Virus record (IMG/VR): IMGVR_UViG_3300032245_001127
From: a virus
Strand: one strand, 5' to 3'
Length of the DNA stretch: 64,000 nt
Shown: in pieces, positions 50,257 to 58,809 of the stretch
Numbering within the stretch: the stretch's first letter is position 1
Layout: each line of letters opens with the position of its first letter
The notes under the pieces: model-generated
Told to the model about the DNA's origin: nothing
Databases searched by the model: none
The model's input: the letters and a program-made list of their open reading frames with translations, nothing else
Position numbers and translations under genes: made by a program

Positions 50257-50731
50257 GATATTGATCCTTCATTGAAATAGGATCAAAATATTCTATAATC
50301 ATACTTTTCACCATTTCAATATCAAAAGTTTTACATGAAAACAAATCAAAATACATATCACCATTTATATCTAAAAAGTGTATAGTTAATGAACTTGTTG
50401 TCAATGGTTGTATTACTGTCCATCCAGCAATTTCTGGCTTTTCAGCAAAGTGTGTAATCCATGGGGTTCCCCATGCATTCATGTTTATTCTTTTTAATAA
50501 ATCCACTACGAAAGTTTCTAGAATTTTAGGTTCATTAAAATTCTTTTTACATCCTTTCGCATCTAATATTAAATGATATCCCCATGATTGAATAGCAGTA
50601 TTTGCATATTTTTCATGGAATACTCTGCCCACATTATTATTTCCACTGTTCTCAAGTGAAGAAGGAACAGATTTTATTTTTGAAGTTTCGCGTTGGGGAA
50701 ACTCCTGTAGATTTAACTTTGCTTGAGTCAT
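50240..50731 (-). CDS. speD: S-adenosylmethionine decarboxylase-like pyruvoyl proenzyme
   Basis: WGYHLILDAKGC, GWTVIQPLTTSSLTIHF, YFDLFSCK.FD. Confidence 0.82.
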   Translation of the reverse strand: MTQAKLNLQEFPQRETSKIKSVPSSLENSGNNNVGRVFHEKYANTAIQSWGYHLILDAKGCKKNFNEPKILETFVVDLLKRINMNAWGTPWITHFAEKPEIAGWTVIQPLTTSSLTIHFLDINGDMYFDLFSCKTFDIEMVKSMIIEYFDPISMKDQYLVRQA

Positions 50732-50734
50732 CTT

Positions 50735-51910
50735 TTACTTATTTACCTCTATTACTTGCGACATACATTTTCCTCCGAAACCGAAAGAATTATTTAATGT
50801 ACGCAAGACTTTTTTGTTTGTTTTTAAATTCTCACGAACCAAAATTCCTTTTGTATCGCAAGATGCCTGTTTTAAATTTTGTATATGTGGAATAATTCCC
50901 TCTTTCATTGAAATGATTGAGTAAATGCATTCTAATATACCAGCTGCAGCAAGAGTGTGTCCTATTTTGGATTTTGGAGCCCAAATAGGTTTTTCACCTA
51001 CGAAACTGACTACTGTTTCATACTCGATTGGATCACCAATTGGTGTAGAAGTTGCGTGCGCACACACAAAATCTATATCATTCACATGACCCATTGCTTT
51101 AGACATAGAAATACGAGCACCTCGTCCATCATTTGCAGGACTCGTCATATCAAGTGCATCACTCGCCATACCACAAGGATATAAAGTTGCATGCACTGTA
51201 CTGCCATATTTCTTGACCATTTTTTCACTTTGTAATATAAGTACACCACATCCATCTCCCATCAGAAATCCTGAACGAGAATCATCGAAAGGCATACTTG
51301 TATTCGCAACTGCACCTAAGGTGTTAAAATATTTAATCGCCATAGGAAAACAACCTGCATCTGCACCTCCTACAATGACATATTCATATTCATCGCAGAG
51401 ACGCATTCCATAATCAATAGTTACAAGTCCAGTTGAACAACTCGCGAAAGTTGCAGCACTTAGACCCATAAATTTGTAATGAGAAGTAATATGAGAACAT
51501 CCCATGTCTGGAATACGATTAGCACTCTTACGTGGGTTTACTCTTTTATTACTTTTCGTCGGCAAATACAACTCATCTAAAAATTCTGTATCATTTGACA
51601 CAGTTGATAGAAGAGTTGCCACATCGTAGTGATGTGGTAATTTTGACATAATCAGTGCATCATTCACAGCATGCAACATCATTTTCTGTGCATTTGTTAA
51701 TGAACGTAACATCTTATTGTCAAATTCTTTTGGTATAATACAAGTATTAGGATCAAATATTGCTCCTCTATATACTTTACTATTGTCCGCAATCAGTTCT
51801 GGTATATCTTTAGAATAATCATTATTATCTAACATTCGATTAAAACAATCTTTAGGATTATTCCCAAGACTATCAATCATACCATAACCTACAACATAAA
51901 TTTTATTCAT
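50735..51910 (-). CDS. fabF: Beta-ketoacyl-ACP synthase (FabF/FabB-like)
   Basis: ASCSTG, AHATST, KSKIGHTLAAAG, NNSFGFGG: intact Cys-His-His triad. Confidence 0.93.
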   Translation of the reverse strand: MNKIYVVGYGMIDSLGNNPKDCFNRMLDNNDYSKDIPELIADNSKVYRGAIFDPNTCIIPKEFDNKMLRSLTNAQKMMLHAVNDALIMSKLPHHYDVATLLSTVSNDTEFLDELYLPTKSNKRVNPRKSANRIPDMGCSHITSHYKFMGLSAATFASCSTGLVTIDYGMRLCDEYEYVIVGGADAGCFPMAIKYFNTLGAVANTSMPFDDSRSGFLMGDGCGVLILQSEKMVKKYGSTVHATLYPCGMASDALDMTSPANDGRGARISMSKAMGHVNDIDFVCAHATSTPIGDPIEYETVVSFVGEKPIWAPKSKIGHTLAAAGILECIYSIISMKEGIIPHIQNLKQASCDTKGILVRENLKTNKKVLRTLNNSFGFGGKCMSQVIEVNK

Positions 51911-52553
51911 CGTTTACTTCATCATTAATTATAAAATTCTTCATACTATTTAGTGCATCGTCCCACTCAAGAGGTTTCGGATAAGTCAACCCATCAACGT
52001 TTATAGACTCGTTTGAGTTTAATTTGTAAAACCAAGCACAAATTACATGACGATAATTAGAGCCATTTTCTATGTTGTGTGGCTGTCCAGTATTTGCTAA
52101 TATGGGTTCATTCGGCAATATAGTATGTCTTGCTATTTCTTTTTTTAAATTAAAATCAGGAAATTTCATCGTCGGACCACTGTCATTAGTTGTAATAGTA
52201 TCATACCATGACGGATCTTTTACGTCATACCAAACCATTGAATGATCGTTAGTTGGACAATAACACCATATAATTTTAACAATATTGTCTATCCAATCGT
52301 CATTATCAGTATGTACATACATACGATAATTCGGTTTACTTGAAAATCTTTCTATTCTTAATACACCCAATCCTATATTTTTTGCCCAATCAATTAAACT
52401 TGGATTAATTAAATGTCTTTCTCCATAATGATCTGCGTATTTTGCATCAATCGATTGATCTTTTTCTTTTGGAAAAACATAATCGTTTGTAAATGGATGT
52501 TCAAATGGTAATTTTAATTTACGAAATGAACGATTTAAGTTTTGTAATTGCAT
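51903..52553 (-). CDS. Cupin-fold Fe(II) dioxygenase-like, family B
   Basis: VHTD..PILANTGQPHNIEN...R. Confidence 0.7.
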   Translation of the reverse strand: MQLQNLNRSFRKLKLPFEHPFTNDYVFPKEKDQSIDAKYADHYGERHLINPSLIDWAKNIGLGVLRIERFSSKPNYRMYVHTDNDDWIDNIVKIIWCYCPTNDHSMVWYDVKDPSWYDTITTNDSGPTMKFPDFNLKKEIARHTILPNEPILANTGQPHNIENGSNYRHVICAWFYKLNSNESINVDGLTYPKPLEWDDALNSMKNFIINDEVNDE

Positions 52554-53097
52554 AATCCCATTCTATGTTAATATTTGTATAATTAAACCAAGTTAAACTT
52601 ACTGCCCATCTTGTACTGCTAGTAGCATTAGTCATTGAATGTGGTACTCCAATGTTCACTAATGATGGAAATTTTATTTCAGATCTATGTAATAAATTAC
52701 ATTCATCATCTTTCCAGTTGAGTGCGTATGGTGTTGTTGAAATAGCATATGCTTCTTTTTCTGTTCCTGGAGCAACAATTGAATGTTTTTTAGGATTTTT
52801 TGGTTGCCACCATTCCATATAAGAACCTGATTCTTCACAAAATTGCCAATTAATCGCAACTGAATCGCTCAATTGTTCGCCATCAACATGGATAGGTAAT
52901 CGAAAAGCAGGAGGTGAAATAAAAACATCTGCATTCTTTAATATAAATCCTTTTAATTCAAACCAATCTATTAATTCTTTATCAATTAAATTTTTTGGTA
53001 TTGGAAAATGTCCTTTTTTTGGAAGTAGTTTTTTCCAATCTTCTACGTTAAATAATTTTTTAAATGGCAAATTTAAATGAACGCAATATTTGTTCAT
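52519..53097 (-). CDS. Cupin-fold Fe(II) dioxygenase-like, family B
   Basis: IHVDG..PSLVNIGVPHSMTN....RWAVS. Confidence 0.7.
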   Translation of the reverse strand: MNKYCVHLNLPFKKLFNVEDWKKLLPKKGHFPIPKNLIDKELIDWFELKGFILKNADVFISPPAFRLPIHVDGEQLSDSVAINWQFCEESGSYMEWWQPKNPKKHSIVAPGTEKEAYAISTTPYALNWKDDECNLLHRSEIKFPSLVNIGVPHSMTNATSSTRWAVSLTWFNYTNINIEWDYAITKLKSFIS

Positions 53098-53777
53098 ATT
53101 ATATAATCCTTAAATAATTCTATTGCTTCAGGCATTGTAACAATATCTTGTAATATCTTTGCATTTACAGCTTTATCTCTTTCGATTGCGATTGTTTCAA
53201 GTGGCATACCTTTTAATATTGCTTCATTTGTAGTAAATACATCTTTAATTAAAATTTTATCAAATACACAAGATAAACATTTTCTTGGACTAAATGTAGT
53301 TTTTACATTATGTGGTTGCCCAACTTGTACTATTGCTACATCTATATCTGCAGAATCAATTAAATCAACTTCTTCAGGATACCAATATAAATCTTTTGTA
53401 TTAATTGGTCTTGCATCTTGATTAGCATATAGCACTCCTTCTCTTTTTGCCTTTGCTTCTTTATGTGGAGAAAACCAATTCATTAAACTATTTCCTCTAG
53501 GATTATATGCAAAATTTAATTTAAACTCATCATGTAATTCATTTCCATCTATATGAATAGGCATAGAATGATTTGCAGGATTTAAAAATAATTCTATGTC
53601 AGTAATGCTTAATCCTATTGTTTCTAACCATAACAAATATTCTGGATTATGATATTTTATTTCAACCCAAATTTTAGTTTGTTTTGTAAACGAATATGAC
53701 TGCATCCAATCCATTCCTTCTTTTGTTAATGGTTCTGGAATATTTTCTTTATTTAAATGTTTAAAATTAAATGACAT
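53094..53777 (-). CDS. Cupin-fold Fe(II) dioxygenase-like, family B
   Basis: IHIDG..KLNF..VQVGQPHNV....RKCLS. Confidence 0.7.
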   Translation of the reverse strand: MSFNFKHLNKENIPEPLTKEGMDWMQSYSFTKQTKIWVEIKYHNPEYLLWLETIGLSITDIELFLNPANHSMPIHIDGNELHDEFKLNFAYNPRGNSLMNWFSPHKEAKAKREGVLYANQDARPINTKDLYWYPEEVDLIDSADIDVAIVQVGQPHNVKTTFSPRKCLSCVFDKILIKDVFTTNEAILKGMPLETIAIERDKAVNAKILQDIVTMPEAIELFKDYII

Positions 53778-54369
53778 ATTTTTTAAAAACTTCTAATCCT
53801 TCTTCCATATTCATTCCACCAAGATCTATAAATTCTTGTTCTCGTTTTAATCCTTCTTTCCAAATACTAATATTAAATAATTCAAGTGGTTCAGATCCAT
53901 TAATAACTTGATGTGGTACTCCTACACAAACTAAAGATGGACTTCCTGTAGTTTGATTTGCTTTTTCTTCAACTTCATTTTCTTTAAATTGAAGACTGTA
54001 TGGACTATTCGCATTATTTGATACATTATCGCTAACTCCTGAAGTTAATGGTTCAAAAAATCTGAATGAATGTTTTCCACCAAATGCCCAATTAAATTTT
54101 GCTTTGTGGCAATATCGAGAGCCATCAATATGAATACCCATAGCAAAATTCGGTTGAAAATAAAAGTATTCACAACCAACTATAAGATATCCGTATGATT
54201 TAAAAAAAGAATGTGCTACTGAACTTGCAGCTGATGGTGGTAGATCTAATCCATAATTTTGAACTAATGGATCTTTCTCTATTTCTTTTAATGCTATTTC
54301 TCTATATGATTCTAAACCGAATGGTGTTGGTGATTTAAAGGGTAATGACAAATCGACGATGTATTTCAT
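53767..54369 (-). CDS. Cupin-fold Fe(II) dioxygenase-like, family B
   Basis: IHIDG..KFNW..PSLVCVGVPHQVIN; distal Arg absent. Confidence 0.7.
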   Translation of the reverse strand: MKYIVDLSLPFKSPTPFGLESYREIALKEIEKDPLVQNYGLDLPPSAASSVAHSFFKSYGYLIVGCEYFYFQPNFAMGIHIDGSRYCHKAKFNWAFGGKHSFRFFEPLTSGVSDNVSNNANSPYSLQFKENEVEEKANQTTGSPSLVCVGVPHQVINGSEPLELFNISIWKEGLKREQEFIDLGGMNMEEGLEVFKKYVI

Positions 54370-54372
54370 AAT

Positions 54373-55179
54373 TTAATTAATTTGTAAATGCTGTAAACGA
54401 GGATATACTTCATCCCATCTACCAATAGAATCTTTTCCAATTAATTTAAGTGAATAACTTAAACAAACTCTCGGACCAGATGTAGTATTTACAACATTAT
54501 GATATATACCAATATTTGTTAATGATGGTTGTGTTAAATCGAATGATAAATTGTGTTGATGAACCATACGAGGACTGTTAGGACCATCTGATAATGCTAC
54601 TTCTTTTACGATATAGTATTTTACATCATGATCTCCTGGAACATTATCTTTTGTTGATTCGTCTATGCTAAAATAATTTTGTTGGCTTAATCCATCTTGT
54701 TTAAAACAATAAACGAAATTAAGTTTAGTTGATTGCTGCCAAGCATCTTTATGAGCACCCAACCACATATTTGCTGGTGTAATAAAAATATCCCAATGAG
54801 CAATTTCTAATCCAACATCTTTTAATACACGTATAAATCTTGGATGTATAAAGTCTTCATTTACATCATTATCGATAATATCGATGCAACTATACCAAAA
54901 TGGCAATTTATCATGCCATTTAATGATTGGTTCTTTAGAAGTATATGATGCTTCTTTTAAATTTCTTTCCCATTTAAGTGGATGGATTAAATATTCGATT
55001 GCTTGAATTTCTTTTGGTATAACTTTCTCATCAAACCAATATGGTGGTATTGGAAGTGAATCAAACCATTCCTGAGATGTATATGGTCTTGTAAAACCTG
55101 CTGGCATTTGTAACCTTACTGCATAAGGTGGACAACTATTGCCTATGTGTGTTTCTGGATAAATTGTAAATATACTCAT
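54373..55179 (-). CDS. Cupin-fold Fe(II) dioxygenase-like, family B
   Basis: AHKD..KLNF..PSLTNIGIYHNVVN....RVCLS. Confidence 0.7.
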   Translation of the reverse strand: MSIFTIYPETHIGNSCPPYAVRLQMPAGFTRPYTSQEWFDSLPIPPYWFDEKVIPKEIQAIEYLIHPLKWERNLKEASYTSKEPIIKWHDKLPFWYSCIDIIDNDVNEDFIHPRFIRVLKDVGLEIAHWDIFITPANMWLGAHKDAWQQSTKLNFVYCFKQDGLSQQNYFSIDESTKDNVPGDHDVKYYIVKEVALSDGPNSPRMVHQHNLSFDLTQPSLTNIGIYHNVVNTTSGPRVCLSYSLKLIGKDSIGRWDEVYPRLQHLQIN

Positions 55180-55184
55180 GCTAC

Positions 55185-55191
55185 TATTTAG
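55185..55191 (-). promoter_or_regulatory. Late promoter motif CTAAATA
   Basis: AACCTAAATAGTAGCATG, near-identical to AACCTAAATAGTGCTATG before gp2. Confidence 0.6.
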
Positions 55192-55192
55192 G

Positions 55193-55981
55193 TTAATTTA
55201 AAACTAAATCGGATAAAATAGGATAAATTGCTTTCCAATGTGTGTAGTTATCACCATAGTATTCAGCTTTAAAAAGACCAATTTTATAAGATAAACAAAT
55301 TCTTACGCCACTACTTTTATTTATTACATTATGCATTCTTCCTACATTAGTTAATGATGGTTGTGTCCAATCATTAGATAAATTGTGTTCGTAAATAAGT
55401 TTATCATTTTCATCATAATAGTTTTGTTGACTTAATCCACTTTTATCAAAACAATATACAAAATTTAATTTAGTACATTCATATGTAGTATCTTGGTGCG
55501 TTCTTAACCAACCATTGGGACCAGAAATAAAAATATCCCAACCAAGCAATTTAAGTTTTCTAGAATTTAAAAAAGAAGTAAAACGAGGAGACACTAACTC
55601 ATCACACACGTTATTATCTACAATATCGATACTATCTTCCCAGTCTTCAGGTGCTCCAATATATGGTATTTTCATTCTATTTTCAGAATAACTTATTTTA
55701 GAATAACTAGAAAATTTTTCAATATCATCTTTAGATTGAGTATATCTTACACCAGATGTATAACCTGATTCGTTGATAGTTGTTTTATTCCAGACTATTT
55801 CTTTTGAATAATTATGAATTGTAGGATGAAGTATTAAAGAATATGGTTTATATTCTTTTCTTGGATTAATTTCCCATTTTTTTGGATATGGAAGTAACGA
55901 AAACCAAGATTCCAAAGAATATGGTTTTAAAAATGGTTTTGGTAATTGCAGACGAACTGCATATGGTTCATAACTAATCAT
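55193..55981 (-). CDS. Cupin-fold Fe(II) dioxygenase-like, family B
   Basis: THQD..KLNF..PSLTNVGRMHNVIN....RICLS. Confidence 0.7.
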   Translation of the reverse strand: MISYEPYAVRLQLPKPFLKPYSLESWFSLLPYPKKWEINPRKEYKPYSLILHPTIHNYSKEIVWNKTTINESGYTSGVRYTQSKDDIEKFSSYSKISYSENRMKIPYIGAPEDWEDSIDIVDNNVCDELVSPRFTSFLNSRKLKLLGWDIFISGPNGWLRTHQDTTYECTKLNFVYCFDKSGLSQQNYYDENDKLIYEHNLSNDWTQPSLTNVGRMHNVINKSSGVRICLSYKIGLFKAEYYGDNYTHWKAIYPILSDLVLN

Positions 55982-55989
55982 ATTAATTT

Positions 55990-56066
55990 TGGCTCACTCG
56001 GCAAGACTCGAACTTGCAACCTCCAGATTCGTAGTCTGGCATTCTATCCAATTGAACTACGAGTGA
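55990..56066 (-). tRNA. tRNA-Arg(ACG)
   Basis: Acceptor TCACTCG/CGAGTGA, anticodon arm CCAGA-CTACGAA-TCTGG, T arm GCAAG-TTCGAGT-CTTGC, encoded CCA. Confidence 0.96.
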
Positions 56067-56076
56067 ATAAAATAGA

Positions 56077-56232
56077 TTATGGTGTTGGTATGACTATACT
56101 TTTTAATCCATCTACAATTTTGTCCATCGGTGTAGTAACTTCCTTTGGAGTATTTGTACAAGAAATTAAAAAAAATGCTATAATTGTTATTGTAGCAAAA
56201 AATATAGCAGTTTTATATAAAGTTTTATCCAT
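56077..56232 (-). CDS. Small putative lipoprotein (not in ORF track)
   Basis: MDKTLYKTAIFFATITIIAFFLIS-C lipobox, 51 aa. Confidence 0.55.
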   Translation of the reverse strand: MDKTLYKTAIFFATITIIAFFLISCTNTPKEVTTPMDKIVDGLKSIVIPTP

Positions 56233-57079
56233 TTAATTCACTCGTTAATGTTCGATTAATTTGAACTAGATTTAATTTTTCTGCAAGTTCTAGTACTCTT
56301 GCAGTCGGATCGCTTATTCCATCTCCAAAACTATAATCCATTGGTTTATAGTGATGATACTCGTGTTGTCCTTCTCCGAAATTGATAAATGCTCCACCGA
56401 TTGGATCTAATGAAACTATATCTTTTGGCTTTTCCCCAGAATGACTTACTGCGTTTGTTATTCCCATTCCATGAATACCAAATACAACAGCAATTGCTGC
56501 ACCAATAATTACAGGTAATCCACCTAATATTCCTAAATGAACTTTAGCTAATTCTGAAAATACAAAAAGAGATACCCAAAAAAGAATTAAAGTTTGTACT
56601 GCTTTAAAATGATATCGTAATGCAATTGTATTTCTATGCAATCCTGCTGTCATTTTTGGTGGAACATCTTCTTTTCGCCAATCCCATAAATGAAAATAAG
56701 ATCGCCAAAATCCTATTCTCCACGGACTATGTGGATCTTTATCAGTATCTAAGTAACTATGATGCATTCTATGCAGTGCTGCCCAACCAAGTGGTGTTCC
56801 AATACCAGAATATATTGCAAATATATTAGATAAATGTTCTAATGTTTTACTTTTAAATTTTACTGAACCATGTGCGAGTGCACGATGCGCATATCCTGAT
56901 ACTGCAAATGCGCCAATAAACCAAAAACTGATCGCAACAAAAATTGTAGTAATTGTTCCATATTTAAAAGCAAGCAATGCCAAATAATGTACAAAAATAT
57001 AATAAGTCAATCTTAAATAAAGATTGTTTCGAGTAGATATATCTTTAAAAAAAGATTTAAACTTTGTTAGATTTAACAT
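56225..57079 (-). CDS. Delta-9-type membrane fatty acid desaturase
   Basis: His boxes HRALAH, HRMHH, HEYHH; DTDKDPHSP. Confidence 0.92.
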   Translation of the reverse strand: MLNLTKFKSFFKDISTRNNLYLRLTYYIFVHYLALLAFKYGTITTIFVAISFWFIGAFAVSGYAHRALAHGSVKFKSKTLEHLSNIFAIYSGIGTPLGWAALHRMHHSYLDTDKDPHSPWRIGFWRSYFHLWDWRKEDVPPKMTAGLHRNTIALRYHFKAVQTLILFWVSLFVFSELAKVHLGILGGLPVIIGAAIAVVFGIHGMGITNAVSHSGEKPKDIVSLDPIGGAFINFGEGQHEYHHYKPMDYSFGDGISDPTARVLELAEKLNLVQINRTLTSELNG

Positions 57080-57620
57080 ACGTATTCCAATATTGTCCTT
57101 TAATAAGCAATTTTCTTGATTTACTTTGAGTGATATATGTTAAGACTTGTAATTTTATATTCGAATTAATTGACTTAGATATAAAACTAGATTTAACATT
57201 CGGAAGTAATTCTTTTAATTTAGTAATTAATATGCGTCTTCCTATACCTTTAACTCTTTTAGATTTATCATTATCGTTTTCTTCAAACAATTTAACTGTC
57301 TCAGTAAATATAACTGATGCATAATTTGAAGTGCTTTCTCTTTTACGAGTAATATAATTATCTAAATTGATTCCACATTCTTTTAGAAGTTTAGCGAAAC
57401 CAACAGCACCATAATCATCAAATCCATGACACATAGTAAAATCGTGTAAATTAGCAATACACATATACATCATGTCTTTAGTATTTTGCTGAAATTTAGA
57501 TTTTTGTATTAATTTCTCAATACCATATAATTCTTCTGGTGTTGGTCTTCTATAATATCCGCAATCAGTAATAATCGGCTTAATTGGATTATTATTTAGA
57601 TTCTCTTTTTTCACCATCAT
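57057..57620 (-). CDS. Hypothetical protein
   Basis: 187-aa ORF. Confidence 0.65.
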   Translation of the reverse strand: MMVKKENLNNNPIKPIITDCGYYRRPTPEELYGIEKLIQKSKFQQNTKDMMYMCIANLHDFTMCHGFDDYGAVGFAKLLKECGINLDNYITRKRESTSNYASVIFTETVKLFEENDNDKSKRVKGIGRRILITKLKELLPNVKSSFISKSINSNIKLQVLTYITQSKSRKLLIKGQYWNTYVKSNKV

Positions 57621-57829
57621 TAATCTTTAAATGGCATACCATCTATTGCTTCTGATGTCGTTTTCTCAGCTTGTTTATGAATGATACGTTTTAAATTTTC
57701 TATATCTTCGTTCATTCTATCAATCACATCTTTTAAATCGTGAATAACGAATGATTGTCTTGCAATTTGTTTTTCTTGCAAGTCAATTTTCTTTTTATAT
57801 TCTTCTATTTTTATTACGTTGTCGTTCAT
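57620..57829 (-). CDS. Coiled-coil hypothetical protein
   Basis: TAATG-coupled ORF. Confidence 0.6.
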   Translation of the reverse strand: MNDNVIKIEEYKKKIDLQEKQIARQSFVIHDLKDVIDRMNEDIENLKRIIHKQAEKTTSEAIDGMPFKD

Positions 57830-58137
57830 TAATTATAAGATGCTATATTATTCTCATCTACGAATATTTCTAGATCTTCTTTCATCGTTAAATAGTTAGG
57901 ATCATTAAAGATTAAATCAGCATCTTCAAATGCTGAAATTCTTTTTGCGAACTCATTACTTACTGTTGTTGGTTTTGCCATCACTTCATAAATTCCATCT
58001 TCAGTAGAAAGTACATCTGAAATGATTCCATTAGTATAATCTTTCCAAACACCATTTACAACTTTTAATAAAGTAATTCTATGTGGTGTTGGAGCATAAT
58101 TAGTTATACCAAATGTTGCGTATCCTATTTTGTCCAT
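57829..58137 (-). CDS. Hypothetical protein
   Basis: GAGG RBS, coupled to the next gene. Confidence 0.65.
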   Translation of the reverse strand: MDKIGYATFGITNYAPTPHRITLLKVVNGVWKDYTNGIISDVLSTEDGIYEVMAKPTTVSNEFAKRISAFEDADLIFNDPNYLTMKEDLEIFVDENNIASYN

Positions 58138-58292
58138 TTTAAATATCCTCTAATTTTCTCTTAAGATTATTTAAAGTTCTTCTCGTATCTTTTATATCGT
58201 GTTTAATATCTATAAGTAAAAAGCCACAATATACGAAAGTGCATACAAAAATTATAACAAGAGCGACAGATAAGAAAAAAAATATATCCATA

Positions 58293-58499
58293 TTATCTAC
58301 CCTCCTCTGATGCTATTTGTAAATCTAATGCAACTTCAGCCATCGCTTGTTGTGCGTCATTTAAATCAAACTCTGGATCTTGTAATTTATCAAATATATC
58401 CTTAGCTTGTCTTTCACCATGTTTTTTGGCGAATTCTTCTCTAGATAATACGAATGCATCGTCTTCCATTTCCATTACCCAATTTTTAACTTGTCCCAT
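58293..58499 (-). CDS. Acidic early protein
   Basis: MGQVKNWVMEMEDDA; AGGAG RBS; first gene after IHF-linked promoter. Confidence 0.7.
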   Translation of the reverse strand: MGQVKNWVMEMEDDAFVLSREEFAKKHGERQAKDIFDKLQDPEFDLNDAQQAMAEVALDLQIASEEGR

Positions 58500-58532
58500 A
58501 ATATAACTCCTATTTTATTTGTTTATGAGTAT

Positions 58533-58602
58533 ATTTTAGCATATTTTAGCTATAAAGTAAATACTTCTGCAAAATAAAAAAGATATATAAATCAATGACT
58601 TA
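58533..58602 (-). promoter_or_regulatory. Early promoter with upstream IHF-type site
   Basis: TTTACT-N17-TAAAAT (58561-58533); AATCAATGACTTA 58590-58602. Confidence 0.75.
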
Positions 58603-58809
58603 GTCATCATATTGACTTACATGTCTCTCGGAATTCTTAATATTATCTATTTTTCTCTTTAATTCGTCTATATATGACTTAACTACTCCACCCAATTTAT
58701 TCGCATCAGATTGAAGTCTATCAACATCCGCACAAATAGATTTAAAACTTACTATTTTATTTTTTCTAACGTATTTTTTAGATTTTAAAAAGAATGTTTT
58801 ATTTGTCAT
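58600..58809 (-). CDS. Hypothetical protein
   Basis: Coupled ORF. Confidence 0.55.
   Translation of the reverse strand: MTNKTFFLKSKKYVRKNKIVSFKSICADVDRLQSDANKLGGVVKSYIDELKRKIDNIKNSERHVSQYDD

Noticed and set aside
45759-55981. DNA hypermodification (TET/JBP-type) cluster
   Set aside because: No nucleotide kinase, thymidylate synthase homologue or DNA transferase in the window, and late promoter motifs; disfavoured but not excluded
55946-56236. 96-aa plus-strand ORF
   Set aside because: Antisense to the tRNA and the small lipoprotein
58531-58550. ATATTTTAGC tandem duplication
   Set aside because: Two copies within the promoter spacer and -10; no separate function supportable
37884-58602. 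AATCAATGACTTA repeats as CRISPR or att sites
   Set aside because: Only 13 bp, dispersed, no spacers, no cas or integrase; consistently tied to promoters
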